In this document: one piece after another, positions 53,700-64,000 of the stretch
Position numbering within the stretch: the first letter of the stretch is position 1
Layout of the letters: every line of letters begins with the position of its first letter
Assembly: GCF_030028105.1 (NCBI RefSeq)
Contig: NC_092373.1
Coordinates: 55,949,450 to 56,013,449 of the forward strand
Origin: Mobula birostris
Taxonomy: Eukaryota
Length of the DNA: 64,000 nucleotides
Reading direction: 5' to 3'
Translations under genes and position numbers: made by a program
The notes under the pieces: generated by a model
The model's database searches: none
The model's input: the letters and a program-made list of their open reading frames with translations, nothing else
What the model was told of the DNA's origin: nothing

Positions 53700-56680
53700 A
53701 TCCACAGGAGTGACAGAGCTATCGATTACTTGCCATTTAATTTTCCATCCTACTCCCCCTGACCAGTCAAGGCCCAAGACAAGTGAAAGGAACAACTCAC
53801 CCCGGCAGGCACGGACGTCCCCAGACCGCGATTTCTGTTGCCAACCTCAACGGTTCTAACAATCCCGAGCAGATTCAGAACCCGGACTCCACCGCCATCA
53901 ATGCGGATTCCATCGACTCGGACACTTTCAAAGTGCACATCGCGCTTCCTCCAACTCCGACTCCACCCTGGACCTTGACTGACAGCCCCTCCAGGCCGGG
54001 GCTTTACTTGCTGTTGGTTTCCACTTTCCCCACCACCACTAAAATCCCACGTCACTCTGGTCTCACCGTCAGCTCTTGGGTCCTTGGAGACTCCATCTTC
54101 TTCCCACCCCACCTTCCCTGCAACCCCCAACCCTCTTCCCCCTCCCCCTGATTCCCTTCTCATCCGCGCCGGATCTTCAATATTCCCTCTGACCTTCCCC
54201 TCTCTGACGCAGGACGTTCTGTTCTCAGTAAAGGTTCTCACCTCTATAACCGTGCGCCCACGCCATAGCGAGTTACGCGCCCGCCACAATGCTGAGCTCT
54301 TCTTCCGCCGACTTCTTATGCAAGGTCTCTCCTGCCCGCACGAATAACCCTTCGCCCGTCTTCAGCCCTCCTCTTCTTGTACACCCGCTGTAGTCTTTTC
54401 ATTGCTAATTGTCGACATCAACCACTTGACATTACCGCTCCTCCAATTCCAACCTCACTCCTTCCGAACGCACTGCTCTCTACTCTCTCCGCACTAATCC
54501 TAAACTCACCATCAAACCTGCAGATAGTGCGGTGCTGTAGTAGTCTGCCGGACTGATCTATGCCTTGCTGAGGCCCAGCGCCAACTCTCAGACACCTCAT
54601 CTTACTTACCCCTTGAACAGGACCCCACAAGGAGCACCCTTTGTCACCCGCACCATCATGGACCTTATTAACACTGGGGATCTCCCATCCATTGCCAGCA
54701 ACCTCATTGTTCTCTTACCCCGCACCTCCTGTTTCTACCTTCTACCCAAGATCCACAAACCTACCTGTCCAGGTAGACCCATTGTTTCTGCTTGTTCCTG
54801 CCCACCAAATTTATATCTGCATACCTCGACTCTGTTGTATTCGCCTCCCCCCCCCCCCTACACACACACACCCATCAGTCCCTTCCTACATCCGCAACAC
54901 TTCATATGCTCAGGATCTTTCCAATGATCTCAAGTTCCCTGGCCTCAGTCATCTCATTTACACAATGGACATCGATGCCTCCATCCCACAGCAGGAGGGC
55001 CTTAAAACTCCCCACTTCTCTCTAGATATCAGACTCAACCTATTCCCTTCCACCATCACTCTGCTCTGTCTGGTGGAACTGGTCCTCACTCTCAAAAACA
55101 TTCTCCTTCAGCTCCTTCCATTTCCTCCAAACCAAAGGTGAAGCCATGGGCACCTGCATGAGCCCTAGCTTTGCCTGGCCTTTTGGCTATGTGGAAAAGT
55201 CTGTTCCAAGCCTACACTGGTATCAGTCCTCAACCTTTCCTATGTTACATCGATGACTGCATTGGGGCTGCCTCCTGCACACATGCAGAGCTTGTCAATT
55301 ACATCAACTTTGCCTCCAACTTCTACCCTACCATCAAATTTACCTGGTCCATTTCCAAAATCTCCCTCCTCTTTCTCGATTTTTCTCTCTGGAGACATTT
55401 TATTTATTTACTTATATCTTTTATAAACCCATTGATTCTCACAGCTACCTGGACCATACAACTTCCCACCCTGTCACTTATAAAAATGCCACCTCCTTCT
55501 CTTAGTTCCTCCGTCAATGCCACATCTGCTCTCAGGATGAGGCTTTTCATTCCAGAACTAATGAAATGTCCTCCTTCTTCAAAGAAAGTGGCTTTCCTTC
55601 CTCCACTGTCAATAATGCCCTCACCACATCTCTTCCATTTTGTGCATGTCTGCACTCACCTGATCCTCCCGTCAACCCACCAGGGATAGAGTTCCTATTG
55701 TCCTCACCAACCACCTGAGTAGCCTCCGCGTCCAGCATATATTTCTCTGTAATTTCTGCAATCTCCAATGGAATCCCAGCACCACCACACATATCTTTCC
55801 CTCAATACCCCACCCCCAACTTTCCGCTTTCCCCAGAGATCGCTCCCTACACGACTCCCTCGTAATACCTACCCTTGCAAGGGATCAAGTGCCATACCTG
55901 TCCATACATCTCCTCCCTCACAACCATTCAGGGCCCCAAACAGTCCTTTCGAGTGAGGCAACACTTCATCTTTGAGCCTGCTGGGGTCATCTACTGTATC
56001 TGGTGGTCTCAGTATGGCCTCCTGTATATCGGGTGAGGCCCGATGTAGATTGGAAACCGCTTCGCCAAGCTCCTATGCTCTGTCCGCCAGAAAAAGTAGG
56101 ATCTCCCGGTGGCCACCCACTTCAATTCTACTTCCAATTCCCATTCCAACATGTCAGTCCATGGTCTCCTCTACTGTCATGATGAGGCAACACTCAGGCT
56201 GGAGGAGCAACATCTTATATCCCATCTGCATAGCCTCCAAACTGATGACATGAACATCGATTTGTCGAACTTCCGGTAATTGCCCCCCTCCCCCACCAAT
56301 CCCATTCCCGTTTCCCTCACCTTATCTCCTCACCTACCCATCACCTCCCTCTGGCGCTCCTCCCCCTTCCCTTTCTTCCATGGTGTTCTCCCTTCTCCTA
56401 CCAGTTTCCTCCTTCTCCACCCCTTGATCTCTTTCACCTATCTCTTTACTTCACCCTTCCCCCCCAGTTTCAACTATCACCTACGACCTTGTACTTCTTC
56501 CTCCCCACCCAACCTTCTTGTTCTAACTTCTCATCTCTTTTTCTCCAGTCCTGATGACGTGTCTCGGCTGGAAACTTCGACTGGTTACACTTTTCCATAG
56601 ACACTGCCTGACTTGCTGAGTTTCTCTAGCATTTTGTGTGTGTTGCTTGAATTTCCAGCATCTGCAGATTCTCTCATCTT
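53700..56680 (+). mobile_element. Near full-length Penelope-like element (Neptune-type), frameshifted
   Basis: RT motifs YLLPKIHK..PGRPIVS and YIDD; Cys linker near 55875; GIY-YIG (VIYCI...LLYIG) near 55985-56035; hammerhead-bearing terminal repeat. Confidence 0.88.
56545..56584 (+). ncRNA. Hammerhead ribozyme in the Penelope 3' terminal repeat, partly degenerate
   Basis: CCAGTC-CTGATGA-...-GAAA-CTTC-GACTGG; 6-bp stem I; stems II and III weakened. Confidence 0.6.
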
Positions 56681-57260
56681 TGAATAACTCAGCTGTCTCA
56701 GCCTGTTACAAACTCTGGACTCCACGCTCTGATGGAGCTTTGTCTGCTCCAACTCATCATTCTGCTATTGCTGCCAGTTTTTCTCTCCGTTAGTGCAGTC
56801 TGATCTGCTGGGCATCGCAGTATCTGCTATTAGCAATAAAATATAGACAAAGGAGTTTAACCATGTAAGCTTATTGCAAATATTCTCTTCCCCTTTCTTA
56901 TCCCCCACTGCTTCATTCCAATATGTCATTAACTTTTTTCTTCTCTGTTCTTTCACATTGCCTTTGACCTGAAGAGTTAACTGGATATCTTTCCACAGGC
57001 ACTGCCTGACCTACTCAGACTTTCAGGATTTGTTTTTATTTCGGGATCTACAGTGTTTGCGTTTGATATCTCCTTAGCTAGCAATGAGAGAGTGGGTAAC
57101 CTAATATATGAAGTGTCCCAGTTCTCGTGTAGGTCCTCCCTCATGCGGTTAAATAAGGAGATCCAGGATTTTGACCCGGTGATGAAGGACTAGCAAGCTC
57201 AGAAGTGTTGTCTATGGAGGATCTTTCTTTAGGCACTTGCTGTGCTTGCTAAGCTGCTGA

Positions 57261-57455
57261 GGGGTGTATGGGGTGTCAGGGAGGGGGTAGCACGTCTGGT
57301 GGGGGAACATGTTGCGTCCTTTTCAAGGCAGTTAGTCCGCCTTTGGTCCCCACCTGGAACTCAGCTCTCACCTATGGCTCCTCGTAGCTTTTTGCATGCG
57401 ACAGCGGCCACACCCCGGCAACGGCTTCGACGAGCCGGCTAACCCAGGTGAGGGT
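57261..57455 (+). ncRNA. HDV-like self-cleaving ribozyme, copy 1
   Basis: P1 GGGGTGT(57261-67)/ACACCCC(57410-16); P2 CTCTCACCT(57365-73)/AGGTGAGGG(57446-54); P3 GGC/GCC; L3 TCCTCGT; GG-CAA after P1; P4 CGGCTT/GAGCCG; J4/2 GCTAA with candidate catalytic C at 57439. Confidence 0.75.
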
Positions 57456-57783
57456 GGCCAATGGGTATCAAATAGTCGACAGACTCCGGTGAATTGAGCG
57501 GACGAGACCAATGGAAGGTCCAACGGTCAAGAAGGCGGTCTCTGCAAGCGTCATGGAACATGTAGAGCGCAACAAGACACAAAAGACATCCTGGTCATCC
57601 ACTGCGCCTAGTCCCAACTCCAGCCGTCTCGACTCTGTCTTGCCACTGGATCCAGATGGGAATTGGGAAGAGAGAGTGAGGCTGACGCTACGCAACTCTC
57701 CCTCACTTAAATCCAAATCATGCGCTAGTCTCGACACCAATGGTGTCGAGATCTTCATTGACGACGATGATGGACGAACAACA
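57261..57783 (+). mobile_element. Non-autonomous ribozyme-headed retroposon, ~523 bp
   Basis: Degenerate 11-bp TSD taagctgctga/tgagatgctga; short ACA-repeat tail; no RT ORF; homologous to 58871..59386. Confidence 0.65.
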
Positions 57784-58229
57784 TGAGATGCTGATATGGT
57801 GCAGAAGCCTGGCTTCCTTGCAAATGTGTTCTCTGAAGATGTTAATCTTTGTACCAGTGATTTCAGTCCTAGATAGGTGAAGCTTCTGAAGAATAATAAT
57901 TCCTTAAACTACAGTAAGTACATTGTTTTCAGTATGTATACTGGAATATAGGGTATACTGTAGGTGCAGCACAGATCAGCTGTCCACAGTTCTGATGTAG
58001 GGTTTCAATCCATCCACAGTTCCCATTCTCCTACAGATGCTGCTCAGCCGCTGAGTTCTATTTTCTTGCTCCAGATTCCAGCCTCAGCCCTCTCTTGTGT
58101 CTCCATCTGAAGTCATTTTCTATACTTAATTTCCCACTGCGCCACCATATTATGTATGGTATTGTGCGGTGGATCCAAATGCGCTAAATTGGCTACAGAC
58201 CTTCGCCATTACTGTCTCCTCTGACTTCA

Positions 58230-58399
58230 GCAGGTGGCGTGGAGGGGGGTGAGGCGGGTAAATACTAGGATGGAGCTGGGAACTATGTATACACAGCTCT
58301 TATTTCAGACAAACGATTTTTTTTCCCGCCCCGCTCTGTGATTGACGGAGCTCGTGGCTGAAGCGACGGTCCGTTGCTCGGTTACTGTAGACACAAAAG
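58230..58399 (+). promoter_or_regulatory. WDR49 promoter and non-coding exon 1 with RFX X-box
   Basis: CpG-rich patch; GC box CCCGCCCC at 58325; X-box GTTGCTCGGTTAC at 58373-58385 (reverse strand GTAACC-G-AGCAAC fits GTNRCC-N-RGYAAC); donor AAG|gtaaag at 58400. Confidence 0.65.
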
Positions 58400-58869
58400 G
58401 TAAAGTTAGTAAGAGCCGAACGCAGTGCGCGCCTGACCAGTTTCCAACTTCCTGACTGCAGTGTTTTAACTGGGCGAAAAGGCTCTGGCAAGTATATTTT
58501 TAATGTTTCTAGACTTGTTGCTAATCTATGATTGGGGCGTGATTCAACTCCTCTTTTCAAACAATATTGATAAACGTTTTTTTTAAGCTTAGGTAAATGA
58601 GAGTGTTGATTTTTTTCCTGCGCATTTGCAGGTATTGTGGGGTCGACCCAGAACTTGGCATTTTTGTTCGTAGTTTAGCGGCTCATTCTTCACCGCGTGC
58701 TTCATGTGATTTATGTATACCTTAGCCTTGCATTTGGAAATGAGGATCTATTGGAATTGTTTGGTGGGTCGAATATGTCGGGCGGACCTGAGACTAAAGG
58801 AGATGAGAAACAGATTTAATTGTTACCTGATGAGTAGGAGGAGGCTTGCCTAACTAGACCTTCTAAACT

Positions 58870-59073
58870 AGGGTGTATGAGGTGTCCAGGGAGGGGTAAC
58901 ACCGCTGGTGAAGGAGGCTTATCCTGTCCTTTATGGGTCAGCTCAGCTTACTCACCTTTGGTCCCCATCGGACACTCAACCCTCACCTGTGGCTCCAAGT
59001 AACTGTTTGCATGTGGTAGCAGCCACATCCCGGTACTGTACACCGCTTGGACAGGCGGGCTAGACCAGGGGAG
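58870..59073 (+). ncRNA. HDV-like ribozyme, copy 2 (G1 missing or replaced)
   Basis: P1 (A)GGGTGT/ACATCCC(59025-31); P2 CTCACCTG/CAGGGGAG; P3 GGC/GCC; L3 TCCAAGT; GG at 59032-33; P4 CCGCTT/AGGCGG; G-C-TAG with C at 59060. Confidence 0.65.
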
Positions 59074-59386
59074 ATAAGGGAATGCCTGTCCCAGCATGAG
59101 AAGGCAGCTCCGGCGGACTGGGCAGCTGAGATCTGCAGGGAGATCCAGCCGCCAGGAAGGTGGTACTGCAGCGCTTCGTGGAGAGCGAAGAGCAGGACAA
59201 GGAACAGAAGACGTCATGGTCAACCACAGCTACCAAGGAAGACCCCAGTTTGTGACGCTTGTTCGTACCACAGGACCCGGATTTCTGAGGCTGAGAGAAT
59301 TGAACTGCCCAGTACAACGGCTTTTCCACTTTAAAGACTCTCCCGCACAGGTTTTCTGTCATCGTCGGAGACAATGGGCAACCACC
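58871..59386 (+). mobile_element. Second, diverged ribozyme-headed retroposon, ~516 bp
   Basis: Shares the 5' ~200 nt architecture with 57261..57783; possible short TSD aaacta/aagcta; CCA-repeat tail. Confidence 0.6.
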
Positions 59387-59591
59387 AAGCTAGATCATTT
59401 GTTTAAGTAATGCATGAAAGTAACGGTTTGTTGAGTTCTGAAAATCACATTTTATAGATGTATTTCTGTTGTTCCTTAAAGTCATCATAACGTTAAAATT
59501 ATATAATTTCCTCAAAAGAAGATCTTTGTTTTCTTCAAATTTGTGTTCAGCCCTATGTAGTGTAGTATTAATACATTTACTATATTTTTGT

Positions 59592-59901
59592 GGGCACGTG
59601 GCCAAGTGGTTAAGGCATTGGACTAGCGACCTGAAGGTCGTGAGTTCGAGCCCCAGCAGAGGCAACGTGTTGTGTCCTTCAGCAAGGCATTTAATCACAC
59701 ATTACTCTGCGAGGACACTGTTGCCAAGCTGTATGGGTCCTAATGCTCTTCCCTTGGACAACATCAGTGTCGTGGAGAGGGGAGACTTGCAGCATGGGCA
59801 ACTGCCTGTCTTCCATATAACCTTGCCCAGGCCTGCGCCCTGGAGAGTGAAGACTTTCCAGGTGCAGATCCATGGTCTTGCAAGACTAACGATGCCCTCT
59901 C
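59592..59901 (+). mobile_element. tRNA-derived SINE with a CORE-like segment
   Basis: A box TGGCCAAGTGG, B box GTTCGAGCC; perfect 13-bp TSD actatatttttgt (59579-91/59902-14). Confidence 0.88.
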
Positions 59902-61139
59902 ACTATATTTTTGTTTAAGTTTTTTTTCCTGAGGTCAGACAAGTATGAGCTTGAACATGAGTGGGTGGAGTGAAGTATAAAGTTACTTTGTTTCCTGCTT
60001 TTGGCTGTTAACATAGGGGGTGACAGTAAAATAGTGTAAACTGTGATTGCAGACTGCTTCCAGTTTGATTATATTCAGCAGTATATTCCAATGTGTGACC
60101 ATGCAAGTAATGTGCACATTTGAAAGTAGACTGCATTCAGGAAAAGGTGATGATTGATACAATCCTCAAGGAGAGTGGAAACAGACAGCCAAATCCACCC
60201 AGGAGCACAGTGTTTGTAACTGCCAGCCACATTCCTATGTATTCAAGTTTACTTCAAATGGTTTCTGTGTGTTATGATCTTAATTCCAGTATAACAATAA
60301 CAAAACTTTCATTTTGATAATCAGCAATAATCTCTAGCTGCACATTTTAAGGAGATGGAACATTCTGGATAGTTGCTCAGAATGGGAAAAAAAATAGCTT
60401 TATGAACCCTATTTTCTTCCATCTCGTTCAGAATGACTGTCAGTTAACATAGGTCATATTTCTCCTTTGTCCCTGAGAAGCAAACTGTAAAATCTCAAGG
60501 AATGGACATGGGTGATAGTATATTGACTTGAAATGCCATAATTTGGGACTCAGCAAGACATCAGGTAAACCAAACAGATGTTTGCAAGTAGAAATAGAAG
60601 TGCTTCTTCACCTTGCTAAAGGTAAGTCCATTGTTGATGTGTTTAAATCAGAAAGTGCAGGTTGTTTACTGGTGGCAGCAACATGATCATCTGTGCATAG
60701 GTTCCAGTTATTTATATTCATTCTAGGCTTTAAACAAGAGGTCAGAGAGATTTTACTAGCTCTCATAATCTTTTTACCTGTTAAACATGCCCACTGATGG
60801 TCGGCCCTCTTACAACACAGCCTGAATAACTAACTGCTAGCTTCAATAAATTACATTTGCACACTGCTGTGAACATCGACTCTTGCCACAACAAAAGCTT
60901 ATGAATAAGTATCCAATTTGAATTGGGTGTTGTATGGAAACTGCCTGCAGGCCACAAATTTAAATAATTAAGTGTCAAAGCTGAAACTCTATGCCAAAAC
61001 TGTTTTTATGTATTCTTAAGTAAAATCTGGCAAAATTTTATAATAAATCTTCAGTCACAGTCACAAATGTATTTCATGAGGGTAAACTGCTGGCTGCTTT
61101 TTTTGTTCGATTGTTGACAGACCTTAGAGCATTTGAAGA

Positions 61140-61304
61140 ATGTCAATTCAGTTACTGGTAGAGCCTGAAAAAGTGGAAAATGTACATGAATTCAAAACAC
61201 TTGAACCAAATCCAAATGAAATGGAAATGTCAAAAAAAGCTCCAGATAAACTAGAAAACCAGCTCACTGTCGAAGATATAATGAAGTTACAGGATGTATT
61301 CATG
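61140..61304 (+). CDS. WDR49: WDR49/CFAP337 first coding exon (MSIQ...KLENQLTVEDIMKLQDVFM); gene continues beyond the window
   Basis: Acceptor ttgacag at 61120, ATG at 61140, donor ATG|gtaggt at 61305. LENQLTVEDIMKLQDVF resembles human WDR49 LENQLSVGDFVKIQKAF (from memory). Vertebrate synteny places WDR49 downstream of PDCD10. Confidence 0.8.
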
Positions 61305-62705
61305 GTAGGTTTTTATGCAAGCTCTTCGTCATTTGAGGTAAATAATCATGTTGATAACAAGGCAGAATTGAATATTTTATGGTTATATTCTTGCAAAAAA
61401 ATAATGCTATACTCAGTCATTTATATTTGCACGATGCAAACTGGATAAAAGAGATTGAAGAAAGTGAGAAAGAGATTGGAGAGGGAGTTTAGAGGTATGT
61501 GGAATACCACAGGACCTGTCACTGATGTTTGGAGAGTAAAAGAAAATGATGCAGAAAAGACCAGAATTAGAGGATTAGGCATTTGAAGGTTGAAGAGCTG
61601 TAAGAGATAATGGGAGTTAGGTGAAAATAAATTTTAATATCACATTTGATCTGCTGTAATGGAGAGCCAATCATAGAAACATGGTTCTTTAAATATATTT
61701 CTCAAATCTGAGAATTCTACCTCCATTGTGTTTCTGATAATGAATTCTTCACAAAGACTAACCCTGAGCTGATAAATAGGTCATTTTAAGACCCCTCTAG
61801 GTTTTCTAGCAATTGCCTAAAATCTATTGACTTCCCTACTTAGGGGAATTGTTTCATTGCCACTATCTTTACATGCTCTCATGAGGAAGGCTAGGTAGTT
61901 AGCTTATGCAGTACATCATTTTGAATATTAAACTGATGGAACATAAATGACATGAATTTGGTAAGAACTTTGTTAGCATAATTAAGGCTGGAGGTAAAAG
62001 ATGCCCAATGATGTATATAGTAGCAGTGGGATATGAGTGACATGAAAATCAGAAATGATAGAGAATGCAAGTGATGTGTAACTCTCGACAGGTCAGACTG
62101 GACACCAAGGTGTGTTCAGCCTGAAACGATGGTTAGAGGAGTTCATTAGGAGGAATAAAAACATTAGCTGAGGGAAGTAATAATTTATTCTGTGCAAATT
62201 CAAAGGAACACTCCGACAGCTTGAAGGTAGTTAAGATTTGGTAGATTGGTAAAGTCTACTAGTGGTAAAGTTACTGTTATGCATTGATTGGAAGATAAGG
62301 TTTCAAATGGGTGTGATACAGTGGAAAACAGAACAGGAACAAGGATAGACCCTTGTAAGGGCAGAGGTTTTTTAAAGAAGGAACTGGAAGAGGATGATTT
62401 CAATGCTGTAGAAAAGGCTGAGGATGGTTACTGCAACACAGTCACAGAGTTGTCATTCATAATTTAACTTCGTGGGTTGGAAATTGATTGGATTTTTATT
62501 ATAGCATCTTTATTTTCTCGATGTATTTTATTATGTGGCCTTGATATATATTTCTATTGTCCTTTGTCTCCAGGTAGTGCCCAAATGTAGAAAAAACTGA
62601 TAGTATGTTCATAGTTCAAAAACTTCAATTATTTACTTCTATTCTAAAGAAAAGCTACTTTAAAACCAGACTTGGAACCAGTCAACTTATTTTAGATTCA
62701 TCTTA

Positions 62706-62795
62706 ATATTGAATATCTATTACGTATATGTATTCTACTCTATTATATATTGAATATCTATTAGATAGATGTACTCTACTCTATTATATATTGAA
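62706..62795. repeat. 41-bp tandem duplication at the 5' junction of a CR1 fragment
   Basis: Units starting atattgaa at 62706, 62747 and 62788. Confidence 0.8.
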
Positions 62796-63118
62796 AGACC
62801 TGGATAGAGTGGAGAGTCTAGGACCAGAAGGGACCCCCTCAGAATAGATGGATGTCCCTTTAGAACAGAAATGAGGAGGAATTTCTTTAGACTGAGGGTT
62901 GGTAAATTTTTGGAAATCATTGCCACAGATAGCTGTGGAGGACAAGTCATTTGGGATGTTTAAAGCAGAGGTTGAAAGGTTCTTGATTAGTAAGGGTGTC
63001 AAAAGTTACAGAGAGGAGACAGAATAGGATTGATACAGAATAATAAGTCCACCATCATTGAATGGCAGAACACACTTATTGGTCTGAATGGCCTAATTCT
63101 GCTCCTATGTCTTATGGA
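62790..63118 (+). mobile_element. CR1 3' fragment
   Basis: Homologous to 580-1108, with the same 3' tail. Confidence 0.8.
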
Positions 63119-63344
63119 TTCAAGAGATTAAACTCCATTCAAGCCAGATTTTTACAATTCAAATATTAATTTGATTAATATACAGACTTCAGGAATTAAT
63201 GCAAAAATCCCTGAAACATTTGTTGTATACTGTTAAATATTGCAACCAACCTGCAGCTGTCATCAGTATGCACAATTGATAGGAATGTCATTTATTTGTG
63301 GTGAATGAGTTAGAACCAGATCTTCCAATTTTCCTTGAAATCTG

Positions 63345-63785
63345 TTGTTGGCTGGGTCTGGAGGACCTGAGTTATAAGGAGAGATTAGATAGGTTGTGAC
63401 TTTATTCTGAAGAACATTGAAGATTGAGAGAAGATTTGATAGAAGTATACAAAATTATGAGGGGTATAGATAGGATTAATGCAAGCAGGTTTTTTTTCAC
63501 TGAAGTTGGGTCGGACTGCAACCAGAGGTCATGGGTTAAGGGTGAAAGGTGAAAAGTTTAAGGGGAACATGAAGGGAAACTTCTTCTCTCAGAGGGTTGT
63601 GAGTGTGGAATGAGCTGCCAGCACAAATGGTGCATGCAAGCTTGATTTCATTGTTTAGGAGAAGTTTGAATATGAACATAGCTGGTAGGGGAATGGGAGA
63701 AGGCAGTTTAAATGGTTTTGGCATGGACTAGATGGGCCAAAGGGCCTGTTTCTGTGCTGTACTTCTCTACGACTCTATCTATGAC
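63345..63785 (+). mobile_element. CR1 3' fragment
   Basis: Homologous to 28150-28552; gggcctgtttctgtgctgtac tail. Confidence 0.8.
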
Positions 63786-64000
63786 TTTATATATTGCCTT
63801 TTCAGGTAAATGGGAATTATGGTTATCATCTTTCTGGATGAATGGGTATCCAATAATTAAGGCTTTGTTATTAGCAGAGTTAGATCATGAATAATTGGCA
63901 TAAATAAAATGTGCCACTCATATCTACCAATCTCCAGTAGGTTATACCAAGCTGGCACAGTTGCTCATAAAACCACCAAATTGAAAGAAAGGATCAAGCA

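Noticed and set aside
57242-57786. ORFs across the 57.3-57.8 kb element (and 58.9-59.4 kb)
   Set aside because: The two homologous copies share no conserved reading frame; the conservation is in RNA structure.
59592-59665. tRNA gene
   Set aside because: It continues into a SINE body and is flanked by a 13-bp TSD.

Overview
Vertebrate genomic DNA, most likely from a cartilaginous fish such as a ray or skate (inferred from the repeat content: CR1, V-SINE, Neptune-type Penelope, Rex1/Babar). It holds the complete PDCD10/CCM3 gene on the + strand (7 coding exons, 16101..50179, 210 aa, with a CpG-rich promoter near 2.9-3.6 kb). It also holds the promoter, a non-coding first exon and the first coding exon of WDR49/CFAP337 (+, about 58.3-61.3 kb). 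More than half of the window is transposon-derived, with several nested insertions. The most striking signals are RNA-level. (1) Two ~520-bp non-coding retroposons flank the WDR49 promoter. Each begins at or within 1 nt of the predicted cleavage site of an HDV-like self-cleaving ribozyme, and each ribozyme has an extra ~21-nt insert in loop L3. (2) About ten Penelope-associated minimal hammerhead ribozyme copies are present, and the best preserved is antisense in a PDCD10 intron. All gene and family names come from motif recognition and memory, not database searches. Repeat boundaries without TSD or TIR support are approximate.
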